A stretch of DNA of 64,000 nt from Candidatus Taylorbacteria bacterium RIFCSPHIGHO2_01_FULL_46_22b (GTDB taxonomy: Bacteria > Patescibacteriota > Minisyncoccia > Phycocordibacterales > DSPV01). A program made the translations under genes and the position numbers. Below are positions 35,664 through 44,877 of this stretch, one piece after another. The number at the start of each line of letters is the position of its first letter. Position 1 is the stretch's first letter. The DNA is taken from positions 73,992-137,991 of the forward strand of contig MHRF01000013.1 of the NCBI GenBank assembly GCA_001820875.1. The letters are read 5' to 3'. The notes beneath the pieces are model-generated. The model made no database searches. It worked only from the letters and a program-made list of their open reading frames with translations, and was not told where the DNA came from.

Positions 35664-36575
35664 TTATTTTTTTGTCTTAGGAGATTTTACCGCAGGATCG
35701 GAAAGTTTTTCGCCATACACCCCTTTCAGGAGATGGAGATCCTTTTTAGTTGATGTAAGCAGTTCTATATTTTTTGATTCAAGTGCGCGTAAAAATGCGG
35801 ATGACTTTTTATCTTTCGGCAGCAATTTCTCGTAGATTGTGCGGAGTGCGGCAACATCTTTTATAAAACAACTTCCACCTGCTCCCCGCCCACTCTTGTG
35901 CACTGGCTGCGCGTATCGATTTGAAATCAAAGGATCTGCACGAAGAGCTTGCTGGATCGGCGTCCAATCGGCGCCAAGCTTTTTAGCAAGATCGTACATC
36001 ACGTTAAAGAAAATGATTTGCACATATCCACTTGCATTGTGAGAATACTTGATCACTTCTGCCTCTGTGCTGGTACACGTGAGCGAAAAAGGTGAAGGAA
36101 GCAAGATTGAGTGTACTTTTTTTGCAGCTGCACGATAATCAGCATTATCCACAGGTAAACCGACAATATTGGCAAAGGGATGAGCTACATCATATGCCGC
36201 AGTGGACTCGCTCAAAAATTCAGGCGAATAGAGAACCTTTTTATTGGGGAATGCCTTCTGCAGACGAGCGGTTGATCCCGGAACTATAGTTGACTTGATT
36301 ACCGCAATTTTTCCCTTCCCGATAAGTTTGAGGCCTTCTTTTACCACGTCTAAACTAAATCCTTTTGGAGTAGTTGGGGTTGGTACTGCTATAAACGTAA
36401 TATCGCAATCTTTGATTTTGCTCTTATTGCCAACATATTGTGGCTCAAGACCATAACGAACAGTTATAAAACCGCTCTGTTCGAACGCATCTGCATAGTG
36501 TCTCCCCACCCATCCCTGCCCAATAAAACCGATAGTAAGATTTTGTTTTTTCATAAAAAGAGTGCGAACGTCCAT
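35664..36575 (-). CDS. UDP-glucose/GDP-mannose dehydrogenase-family protein lacking the C-terminal UDP-binding domain
   Basis: Rossmann N-terminus IGFIGQGWVG, then ...IAVPTPT..., and the catalytic-Cys motif GGSCFIKD. Only 303 aa. Confidence 0.6.
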   Translation of the reverse strand: MDVRTLFMKKQNLTIGFIGQGWVGRHYADAFEQSGFITVRYGLEPQYVGNKSKIKDCDITFIAVPTPTTPKGFSLDVVKEGLKLIGKGKIAVIKSTIVPGSTARLQKAFPNKKVLYSPEFLSESTAAYDVAHPFANIVGLPVDNADYRAAAKKVHSILLPSPFSLTCTSTEAEVIKYSHNASGYVQIIFFNVMYDLAKKLGADWTPIQQALRADPLISNRYAQPVHKSGRGAGGSCFIKDVAALRTIYEKLLPKDKKSSAFLRALESKNIELLTSTKKDLHLLKGVYGEKLSDPAVKSPKTKK

Positions 36576-36597
36576 TCTACCAGACCTTTCTTTTCAG

Positions 36598-37245
36598 TCA
36601 AAATTCAGCAACTGACCCTTCCCCCATAGATACAAATTCTATACCATCTGACAGGAGCACATTTCCGACAGCTCGCACCGCAATATAAGGCGGCATGTCA
36701 GTTCGAATCATCCCATCATGCACGGGGAAACACTTCTTTGGCTTGATTGCTTTTGCATACTCAATCGCCTCGGAGATTTTCATCCATGGAGCAACAACTG
36801 GCAATGCGAGAATTTCAACTGGTTTTTCGGGGTTGTAAAAAGCATCTCCGGGATAGAACAAGCGACCATCAATTAGAAATCCAGTATTTTCAACGGAAGG
36901 AATTGTTGGATAAATAACAGCGTGATCATGTCCATGCCCTTCAAAAGAAATCCCCTCCTGCATCAGTGAATCACCGTGCGAGAGTTTTGTAAAAGTGATT
37001 CCCTCTTGTTCAAGAAGTTTTCCGACACTGGCATTAGAGATGACCTGTGCGCGGGGATTGTTCTTGAGAATCTGCTTGAGAGAATCGGTATGAAGATGAT
37101 CTTGATGTTCATGTGTAATCAAGACGATATCAATATTCCGCTCGAGTGCCTGTTGTTCCACGCTGTACATTCCCGGATCGGTCATAATTCTTTTTCCACC
37201 GGTTTCAATAACAAGACAGCAGTGACTAATTTTCTTTATTTTCAT
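36598..37245 (-). CDS. MBL-fold metallo-hydrolase
   Basis: THEHQDHL (HxHxDH) motif. Confidence 0.7.
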   Translation of the reverse strand: MKIKKISHCCLVIETGGKRIMTDPGMYSVEQQALERNIDIVLITHEHQDHLHTDSLKQILKNNPRAQVISNASVGKLLEQEGITFTKLSHGDSLMQEGISFEGHGHDHAVIYPTIPSVENTGFLIDGRLFYPGDAFYNPEKPVEILALPVVAPWMKISEAIEYAKAIKPKKCFPVHDGMIRTDMPPYIAVRAVGNVLLSDGIEFVSMGEGSVAEF

Positions 37246-37283
37246 AGATACAGTATAGCGCCAACAACGTGCAACAAAAAGTA

Positions 37284-37850
37284 TTACCCAAGTAGTTTGC
37301 TTGCCACGAGGCCGATAAGCACGAGGCCGATGAAATTAAAAACCAGAGAAAGAGGAATGAAAACAGACATTCGTGCTTTGGAAAGCCCTAGAAGGCTCAC
37401 CCCAAGTTCGTCTGGGAGCGGCGAAGCGATAATGAGACCTCCGGCAAGAAACGTCAGCCAGCGGAATAATCGCAGTTTAAAAAGTTTGGTAAATCTCCTG
37501 AATCTGTGCTGCTCCCTCCACAATTCAATAAGGTGTTCGGATAATCTATCTCGGATAAATCTAAAGATAACCAGATCGCCAATCAATGATCCAAACGCGC
37601 CGAAAAAAGCGGTTTCCCAAATACCGTTGGCATGTGCCATCTCTCCAAGTACTACCATAGCAGGAGCAGTGGTAAATACTGACGTGAAGAATAGGCCTGC
37701 GACAAAACTTCCGAGGAAACGAAATTCTCTCGTGGAAGCGATCAATTGATCAAGCGCTCCCGTCTGTTCAATCAAAATCGCAACGAGAATGCTTAGGATA
37801 ATTATCCCAACATCTTGTAAGAGGAAATTATTGTGTCTTCTTCTTTTCAT
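37284..37850 (-). CDS. Hypothetical membrane protein
   Basis: 188 aa, 4-5 hydrophobic segments. Confidence 0.45.
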   Translation of the reverse strand: MKRRRHNNFLLQDVGIIILSILVAILIEQTGALDQLIASTREFRFLGSFVAGLFFTSVFTTAPAMVVLGEMAHANGIWETAFFGAFGSLIGDLVIFRFIRDRLSEHLIELWREQHRFRRFTKLFKLRLFRWLTFLAGGLIIASPLPDELGVSLLGLSKARMSVFIPLSLVFNFIGLVLIGLVASKLLG

Positions 37851-37855
37851 ATTTT

Positions 37856-38428
37856 TTATTTCTCCATCAATTCAAGAATCTTTCTCGTGGTGTTAAGATT
37901 ACGTACCGTTACCTCCTGATACACTTTCTTTGATGAGAGTTTGATCATTGCAGTCCTCGAAAGATCACTTGTCTTCGCCGACCAAAAAAGCACACCTTTC
38001 TTGTATACCACTGTCTCAATCCCCTGTTTGGGATTCAAACCTTCAAGAATCTTCGGCGTATCAACCGTGTGCCGTAAAAACAATACATTGTATTTCATAT
38101 CTGATCCCGTCTCCCATGATCGTGGAATATTTGTGACAATCTGCTTCATTTCATTATACGTTCGTATGACTACTTTTGAAACACATTTGAAACGTCTTTT
38201 TACTCCTTTTTCTATTTTTTCCTCAAGTTTTCTCGAGTTTTTCTCATCTGTCTGGAAAATAACATTGCCACTCTGTATATAGGTCTGTACGCGAGAAAAT
38301 CCAAGTTTCTCAAACAACTCGCCCAAATCTTTCATCTTGATAATACTGTTTCCTCCTACATTTATTCCACGCAAGAGGGCAACGTAAGTTATTTTGTTTT
38401 TAATTTCATACATCTTCGTCAGATGCAT
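37856..38428 (-). CDS. DUF1697-family protein
   Basis: N-terminal VALLRGINVGG signature. Confidence 0.55.
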   Translation of the reverse strand: MHLTKMYEIKNKITYVALLRGINVGGNSIIKMKDLGELFEKLGFSRVQTYIQSGNVIFQTDEKNSRKLEEKIEKGVKRRFKCVSKVVIRTYNEMKQIVTNIPRSWETGSDMKYNVLFLRHTVDTPKILEGLNPKQGIETVVYKKGVLFWSAKTSDLSRTAMIKLSSKKVYQEVTVRNLNTTRKILELMEK

Positions 38429-38867
38429 CTAATACATTTTCAAAGAAATTCAGACTTGCGGTTGTTCCCAAAAACTGACTAAATGTTTTAGCCAGTCCCG
38501 CTCTCCCTAAACTCGCTAGCAAATCATGTGCAACCCATTCAGTCATTATTTTCGGATTATTTCTAGCTTCTTCTGTAAATTGCCGACCACCAATTTTACT
38601 TGGTTCCGTAAATTGATCGAGGTAATCAGTAGTAACGTGCATGGACAGAAGCGGTGTGCATAATTCTCTCAACTCAATCGAACTTGATCTCAAAACTTCA
38701 GGGTCCCAGTTAGTCTCTAAAAGATCAGTTACTGCTCTAAATTTTGAGACAAACTTCAGCAAGAGTTCGCGTGTATCTCCTAATCCTGCTGCCTCGTAGG
38801 CTTCCCTCGACGGAAAAATTCTCGGTTTCGGAATTCTTGGCCCAATTTCTAGTGAGTTTTCGTTCAT
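38406..38867 (-). CDS. Hypothetical protein
   Basis: 153-aa ORF with no recognisable motif. Confidence 0.4.
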   Translation of the reverse strand: MNENSLEIGPRIPKPRIFPSREAYEAAGLGDTRELLLKFVSKFRAVTDLLETNWDPEVLRSSSIELRELCTPLLSMHVTTDYLDQFTEPSKIGGRQFTEEARNNPKIMTEWVAHDLLASLGRAGLAKTFSQFLGTTASLNFFENVLDASDEDV

Positions 38868-38879
38868 AAAAATTTATTA

Positions 38880-39611
38880 CTAAACCCCCGCTGCCATAAA
38901 GCCGCCATCAACTACAAAATCTTGACCATTAACAAACGACGCTTTGTCGCTAACTAAAAAACAGAGCAGTTCGCCGATTTCACTAGGTTGACCAACGCGT
39001 CCCACAAGTGCGCTTTTGGCAGTCTGCCAAACCGCATCTGTCCATGTTTTGGTAAACGCAGTCTCGGTAAACCCCGGGGAAACTGAATTAACTGCAATGT
39101 GTGGTGCAAATTCCCTCGCTAAATCTGCCGATAAATTTTTAATTGCTGCCTTGCTGATTGAATAGGGAGCGCGATTGGTACCCCCAGCCATATCATGTCC
39201 GCGCACCGATGCGATATTTACAATTCTTCCTGATTTATTTTTCTGCATATGCGGAATAACTGCCTGACAGACATGAATAATTCCAAGTACATTTACATTG
39301 AATGCATCAAGCCAATCCGCATCGGTTGCTTCAAGAAACGGTTTAACCTTGGGAATACCTATGCAATTAATAAGTCCATCAATCCGACCAACTCTTTTTA
39401 TAAGCGTTTCAATTGAAGCAAGCACTGCATTTCTATCTGTTGCATCAAAAGCGATAAAATCAACATTAAGTTCCTTAACAAGATCTTTTAACTCTGCACT
39501 CTCGGTTCGTCCATGCACAATGACACGTGCACCATAGGAAACCGCGAGCCTTGCCGTTGCTCCTCCTATTCCTCGTGCACCAGTTATTAAAATAATTTTA
39601 TCCTTGAGCAT
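38880..39611 (-). CDS. SDR-family oxidoreductase
   Basis: ILITGARGIGGATA (TGxxxGxG), NIASVRG, YSISKAA (YxxxK). Confidence 0.75.
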   Translation of the reverse strand: MLKDKIILITGARGIGGATARLAVSYGARVIVHGRTESAELKDLVKELNVDFIAFDATDRNAVLASIETLIKRVGRIDGLINCIGIPKVKPFLEATDADWLDAFNVNVLGIIHVCQAVIPHMQKNKSGRIVNIASVRGHDMAGGTNRAPYSISKAAIKNLSADLAREFAPHIAVNSVSPGFTETAFTKTWTDAVWQTAKSALVGRVGQPSEIGELLCFLVSDKASFVNGQDFVVDGGFMAAGV

Positions 39612-39639
39612 ACAAAAATTGTATCAGTCTGCACCAAAT

Positions 39640-40536
39640 CTACCAACCTCCAGACGCACCGCCGCCACCTGATGATCCGCCACCAAACCCTCCAAAACTA
39701 CTACCAGAGCCCCCAGATGTCCCTCCGCCCCCAATCCACCACGGGGCTTTGGCGCCGCGCGAACGCGCGGCGCCAAATGCAGATGAAACAATGAAATCAA
39801 ATAGCAGCCCAAATCCGCCAAGCGCAATCATAAGCGCGATTGCTAATCCAATACCTAGTGAGAAAACATACCCTCCAGAAAGACCCGCGATTATGCCAAG
39901 CACACCTCCGAGCCACCAGCTCTTGCTCCTTCCTAAAATTGCGCCAAGCCACTGAAAGACAAAAACAATCGCAACGAAAAGAACAATAAAATTCTCATTC
40001 AACAATCCCCAAAATGATCCGCTAGGGATCTCGGTCGCAATATATTCGTACTGCGAAGCCTTAATCAGATTTTCAATTCCTGCCTGTATGCCTCCTGAAT
40101 AATCATCTGCTTTGAACCGTGGGAGAATATCTTTTTGAATAATCTGGTTTGCGGTTGCATCCGGCACGGCTCCCTCAAGGCCATATCCAACTTCAATGCG
40201 CACCTTGCGATCGTCTTTGGCAACCAACAATAAAATTCCATTATCCTGATCTTTCTTCCCTATTCCCCAATCCGCAAAGAGAGAGACCGCATAGCCTTCT
40301 ATCGTATCTCCTTCAAGAGAATTAATCGTCACAAGCGCAATTTCATTGGTCGTACTTGCCTCAAACGCACGCAATTGCGTTTCAAGCAGCTCTATCTCAT
40401 CAGTAGTCAATAAATTTGCAAAGTCATTTACGAATCCAGTTGGAGTAAGGCTTGTGTATGCATGCAAGAACTGTGGCAACACAAAATATCCCAAAAGGAT
40501 AAGGGAGAAAACCGGTAGTGTAAGACGTCCCCGCAT
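39640..40536 (-). CDS. TPM-domain (TLP18.3/Psb32/YgcG-like) protein with a TM segment and a Gly-rich tail
   Basis: ...TGFVNDFANLLTTDE..LETQL..FE.ST..E..., then a C-terminal GGGGTSGGSGSSFGGFGGGSSGGGGASGGW. Confidence 0.65.
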   Translation of the reverse strand: MRGRLTLPVFSLILLGYFVLPQFLHAYTSLTPTGFVNDFANLLTTDEIELLETQLRAFEASTTNEIALVTINSLEGDTIEGYAVSLFADWGIGKKDQDNGILLLVAKDDRKVRIEVGYGLEGAVPDATANQIIQKDILPRFKADDYSGGIQAGIENLIKASQYEYIATEIPSGSFWGLLNENFIVLFVAIVFVFQWLGAILGRSKSWWLGGVLGIIAGLSGGYVFSLGIGLAIALMIALGGFGLLFDFIVSSAFGAARSRGAKAPWWIGGGGTSGGSGSSFGGFGGGSSGGGGASGGW

Positions 40537-40540
40537 GGGG

Positions 40541-41128
40541 TTAAATTTTTACCTGTGGAACAATTTCAGCTCCCGCCGCGGCCTCAAAATATGCTCGTTC
40601 ATCAAATCCAAAGAGTGATGCGAGAATATTATTCGGTACCCTCTTTACCTTCAAATTGTATGTTCTGACAAGTTCGTTGAACCGGTTGCGTTCAACACTT
40701 ACACGGTTTTCGGTTCCTTCAAGTTGTGCCATCAAGGTCGAAACTGTTTCAGAAGAGCGAAGTTGCGGGTAGTTTTCGGTAATCACCAAGAGCCGACCGA
40801 GTGCGCTTTCCATCTGACCTGCGGCTGCTGCTTTCTCGTCAACAGTCCGTGCACCTGCATACTGTGACCGCGCTTCGGCAATCTGACCAAACACCTCCTG
40901 CTCCTGTTGCATAATTCCCTTTACCGATTCTACCAAGTTAGGAATCAAATCGAATCGGCGCTGATATTGCGCTTCCACCTGCGCCCACTGGGTATCAACT
41001 CCCTCATTTGTACTCACCAAACCGTTATATGCAAAAACCAACCACAAACCAGCGACAACAATTACGATTAAAACAATCAGCCAAACCTTGCTAAATCCGC
41101 GCGAAGCGGACAGAGAGAAATTTTTCAT
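40541..41128 (-). CDS. LemA-family protein
   Basis: N-terminal TM, then YNGLVSTNEGVDTQWAQVEAQYQRRFDLIPNLVE, the LemA signature. Confidence 0.7.
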   Translation of the reverse strand: MKNFSLSASRGFSKVWLIVLIVIVVAGLWLVFAYNGLVSTNEGVDTQWAQVEAQYQRRFDLIPNLVESVKGIMQQEQEVFGQIAEARSQYAGARTVDEKAAAAGQMESALGRLLVITENYPQLRSSETVSTLMAQLEGTENRVSVERNRFNELVRTYNLKVKRVPNNILASLFGFDERAYFEAAAGAEIVPQVKI

Positions 41129-41223
41129 GCCCTTATTTTAATAAAGATGTAAATAAATGCAACTTTAGAAAAGAGAAGAGCCCGACTGCATGCAGTCGGG
41201 CTCGAGGGAAAGACGGGCTGGAA

Positions 41224-41751
41224 TCAGTCCAGCCTGATTCGGGGCTGGTTGTTCCCGTACCACCGCTCAGGGCGTGCGCGCGGCACAAGTTCCTCTTTCG
41301 CGAAAGGTCGCGTAGCCGCCAGAGCTTGCTCCGAAGGAAGCATCAGGGTTCCCAAAGCTTGGCGCTCTTGTGCCACAGCCTTGATAGTCCGCAAATTCCC
41401 TACACGTTTTGCCCTCCACGTATCGTTGCAAAAACAAGCAAACATGCGGCCGACCGCACTTTTCACGACCGCGACCGTCGGCGCCAACATCATGACCTCC
41501 ACCGGAACAATACTTTCGTCCTGAAGAAGCTTAAGGTGGCGGGCGAGCTGTGCTCCGAATGGTCCCATCTTATTAACGGCGCTGCGGGCCGCTTGAAGCG
41601 CCTTCCGCGGCTCCTTGATTCCGTTGAACGGAAATGTGGGTCCTGCACCATGCCGTTGAGCGCGCCGCTCGGCATGCGCAACCACATAGTGTGGGGTTCC
41701 CGGTGCGAATTGGTTGACAGATCGTTGTTTCATATTAGAAATGTACTGCAA
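41224..41751 (-). CDS. Hypothetical protein (GC-rich gene)
   Basis: Chosen over the overlapping plus ORF because a tandem hairpin plus T-rich tract (41168..41225) is oriented as a minus-strand terminator. Confidence 0.35.
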   Translation of the reverse strand: MQYISNMKQRSVNQFAPGTPHYVVAHAERRAQRHGAGPTFPFNGIKEPRKALQAARSAVNKMGPFGAQLARHLKLLQDESIVPVEVMMLAPTVAVVKSAVGRMFACFCNDTWRAKRVGNLRTIKAVAQERQALGTLMLPSEQALAATRPFAKEELVPRARPERWYGNNQPRIRLD

Positions 41752-41861
41752 TCTGAATTATGTCGGTATTGGTGATGTTGCCAAAACAAAAGCAACCCTT
41801 CGATAAAGGATTGTATCATAGAATATATACTAAGTCAATCTCTGAAATTTAACTTAAACCA

Positions 41862-42608
41862 TTAGTTCGAAACCACTTTAAATTTGAGTACGTAACTCTC
41901 CGGAACAGGATCACTGCCGGATTTGCGAGGTGGGTTGATCTCCTCAATTGATATTCGATAGGAATCGAAAGCAAGTGGCACTTCGTCCGATGCCATATTT
42001 CTAGTTTCCGTATCAGTATTGCTCTTGAGAGTAACATTTACTGTAATTCCGCCACCTTCCATACATTGTTCATCAATAGGACAGCGGCTTTCCTGCACAA
42101 CACTATTGAGCGTGATACGGACGCCATTAATCACCGCGCTCTTTCCTACTCCAACTTCGCCAATCGTGGGATCGCCTGCATCCCCTTCCAATAACTCTAA
42201 TCTATCAACAGAAAAAATATTTCCTTCGGTAAAAGTTCCAAACGCTTTGACATTTTTTCCAACTAATTCACCGAGTGTACTGCTTTCCTTAATCACCAGA
42301 GGCATTACGTAATTGACTTCCGTTCCCCCTCCAATTTCCGGCGCCGGCAGAATTAACGTAAATCCTTCCGAATTCTGCCGAAGCATCCCTTTTATAAAGG
42401 GTTGCTGATTAGGACATGCACTAAACTGACATCGCGGTGCAACACGCCCGACATGTGAACCATCCTGACACATCAGTGCTTCCTTCGTGCATGTAACAAA
42501 TTCGCCACGGGTCTGATCTTTAAATAAGAATGCGAAAAAAGCACTTCCTACTAGGAAGACACTGACAAATGCCCCAAGAATAATTTTGGTACGCAACGCA
42601 ATTCTCAT
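41862..42608 (-). CDS. Exported hypothetical protein
   Basis: N-terminal TM/signal, Cys-rich mature region. Confidence 0.5.
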   Translation of the reverse strand: MRIALRTKIILGAFVSVFLVGSAFFAFLFKDQTRGEFVTCTKEALMCQDGSHVGRVAPRCQFSACPNQQPFIKGMLRQNSEGFTLILPAPEIGGGTEVNYVMPLVIKESSTLGELVGKNVKAFGTFTEGNIFSVDRLELLEGDAGDPTIGEVGVGKSAVINGVRITLNSVVQESRCPIDEQCMEGGGITVNVTLKSNTDTETRNMASDEVPLAFDSYRISIEEINPPRKSGSDPVPESYVLKFKVVSN

Positions 42609-42614
42609 GCGAGA

Positions 42615-43727
42615 TTATTGTACCAAGTTCCCAATGAGGAATCCTGAAAGCTCGCTTGCAGGACGCGGCTGCCCTCCATGTTGTCCTGAAAATTCTGCTG
42701 TTCCATCAGTTCCGCAAAGACTTTTAATCGCCGCTTGCCCTCCGGGGTGCCGGCTGATCCAAGAAGTCAGATCGTATACTTTTCCACTAATGGTCGCCCA
42801 GCAACTCGCGCTCGTATTATGTGTCTGCACTTGCGCAAATGTATACGTCTTCACGTTTGACTGTGTTGAAGAAGTTGATGTTGCAGTCGTTGTAGTTGCA
42901 GTGGTTTGAGTTGATACAGTCGAACTGCTGCCCGCGCCAAACAACGCGCTTAGCAATGTGAGTATGTTCGCGCGATTCTGCAGCACGTTGGAAGTACTCG
43001 TTCCTACTTGCACCTCAAGTGCCTCCCCGAGTGCTTCTTTGTTGTCATCTGCAGAAAGATTAAAGAAGAAACGATACCACGGGAACTTTACCTTTACTTT
43101 TAAGTCGTCCGAGACCGAGACGGTCATCGGAAGGTTTGAGTTAAACAAACCAAACAATTTTGCCGGACGATGAAATTCAACCTTCACTCCGCTGTCGTCA
43201 ATCTCTACTTCTGACAATCGGTCATGAGAGAGCAGAACACCTTGTGCAAAATGTTCCAAATCCTGCTGTGTTTGAATTTGGAGCGTGCTTTTTAAAGCAA
43301 GCATTGCTTCCTGCTTCTGACTATCATCGAAACCGCGTACCGATCGCGCTTCTATCCTGATGTGATTCTCGTCTTCATCTGAATCGTCGGAATCAGAACG
43401 AGATGAGTCATTTGAATCTTCCACGCTGTCAGATGCGGAGCTACTTGAGCTCTTCCATCTCCTCTCCTCTTCAGATTTTGATACAGAAGATGAATTGCTG
43501 CCTCCTGCCTTCACTTGGACAGTGCCGTCTTCAATCTCGATTTCTACTTCAGTTTCTTGTTCGCCTTCAAATTCGCCACTAGAACTGCGTGTTTGAGCCT
43601 CCAAACCAGCCTGTACATTTAATTGTAGGTTGGTGTCATCCGACCCCTTGGCACTCACTGACAGGCCAAATCCTTGCAAACTAAAACTAAAAACTAATAT
43701 AAAAAGTACCAATGAAATTTTACGCAT
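42615..43727 (-). CDS. Secreted protein with an acidic Ser/Asp-rich central region and a C-terminal cytochrome b5-like heme-binding domain
   Basis: Signal peptide MRKISLVLFILVFSFSLQGFGLSVSA. The C-terminus has ...YTFAQVQTHNTSASCWATISGKVYDLTSWISRHPGG... (HPGG heme-ligand motif). Confidence 0.6.
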   Translation of the reverse strand: MRKISLVLFILVFSFSLQGFGLSVSAKGSDDTNLQLNVQAGLEAQTRSSSGEFEGEQETEVEIEIEDGTVQVKAGGSNSSSVSKSEEERRWKSSSSSASDSVEDSNDSSRSDSDDSDEDENHIRIEARSVRGFDDSQKQEAMLALKSTLQIQTQQDLEHFAQGVLLSHDRLSEVEIDDSGVKVEFHRPAKLFGLFNSNLPMTVSVSDDLKVKVKFPWYRFFFNLSADDNKEALGEALEVQVGTSTSNVLQNRANILTLLSALFGAGSSSTVSTQTTATTTTATSTSSTQSNVKTYTFAQVQTHNTSASCWATISGKVYDLTSWISRHPGGQAAIKSLCGTDGTAEFSGQHGGQPRPASELSGFLIGNLVQ

Positions 43728-43910
43728 AACTGTAAACTACTTATTAATGATAGGCATACAGCAAAGGGTATTAAACCCTTTGTTGCCGTCGCTCGTTCGG
43801 CAATAATACATGACGAACCATAGCTCTGTCTATTACCAAAATCTAACTCTTGCATTTAAAAGAGCCCCATCAGAATCGTGCTGACTCTGATGGGATTGAG
43901 GTTGTTGTTT

Positions 43911-44735
43911 TTACTTCACGAGCCGAAAGAACTTCGCAGTAGCGTCAATTGCCACTGTTGTGGAAACAAAACCATTGCCAACGGGCGCGGCCGAGTAACC
44001 GAAAGAAGTGTACGGTCCGGTAACTTCTGCCGCCCGCACGAGAGCGTACCCTCCGGAATACACATTTGTGTTCCATGAAATCTTCACACTACTCGGATTG
44101 AGTTGCACAATCGTGAAATTGGTCCCTGAAGGAACAATGGGGGGCGATAAAGGGAGCGCAATCCATTCGACAGCATCAATCCAACAATCGGCAAACCCGG
44201 CGGACCCGTGCGTCATGGTCCATACCAGTTTGATTGTCGAGTTCGTGATCGGACCAATGTTGTTGTAACTCACCTTCGTCCACCCGTTCTTCGGTGTGTT
44301 GATCGGGAGTTGGCCCAAAGTGGTATTGCCAAAGACAATCGCTGTACTCAAATAATCCCCACTTGACCATGATCCTTTGTACCAAAAAGAAAAGTTGTGG
44401 CGAAGTGGTATGGACGTCCCTGGTGAATAGTCATTGGGGCGAGTGATGTACAGATTTGCGCGATTGCCAGAACCGAATACCGACAAGAGGTAGGAATTGA
44501 CCCCTAGGTTGTTGGTGTGGGAGGCACTATTTTGGGCTTGTTCATAATACACAGACCCATCTTGCCCAATCTGTGTGTTCCAATTTGGATCCGTCAGGAT
44601 ATTCCCTGTAAAAGGAGGGAGACCCAAGAACTGCGCAGGCCCAGGAGGAGTTGATTGAGCACTTGCTATCTCAGCCATCAGCAAAGTGGCAGCGAGCGAC
44701 ACGGCAAGTGGAACCAACCGTAATTTTTTCGTCAT
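43911..44735 (-). CDS. Secreted hypothetical protein
   Basis: Signal peptide MTKKLRLVPLAVSLAATLLMAEIASA. Confidence 0.5.
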   Translation of the reverse strand: MTKKLRLVPLAVSLAATLLMAEIASAQSTPPGPAQFLGLPPFTGNILTDPNWNTQIGQDGSVYYEQAQNSASHTNNLGVNSYLLSVFGSGNRANLYITRPNDYSPGTSIPLRHNFSFWYKGSWSSGDYLSTAIVFGNTTLGQLPINTPKNGWTKVSYNNIGPITNSTIKLVWTMTHGSAGFADCWIDAVEWIALPLSPPIVPSGTNFTIVQLNPSSVKISWNTNVYSGGYALVRAAEVTGPYTSFGYSAAPVGNGFVSTTVAIDATAKFFRLVK

Positions 44736-44877
44736 ACAGTGGAGACTTTCTCTTGTTTCTTGTTTTTCCGTAAAGAATCCAGATTCTGAAGAACCCTGAT
44801 TCTGTCATAGATGCCGTATGAAAGAAGCCGCCATTACAAAGACAATTAGCCTTGTCTTTTCAATTTTAAAAGGATTC

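Noticed and set aside
41326-41775. 149-aa plus-strand ORF in the GC-rich patch
   Set aside because: Its product is Cys/Arg/His-rich and implausible. The terminator hairpins at 41168..41225 are oriented for minus-strand transcription, which favours 41224..41751.
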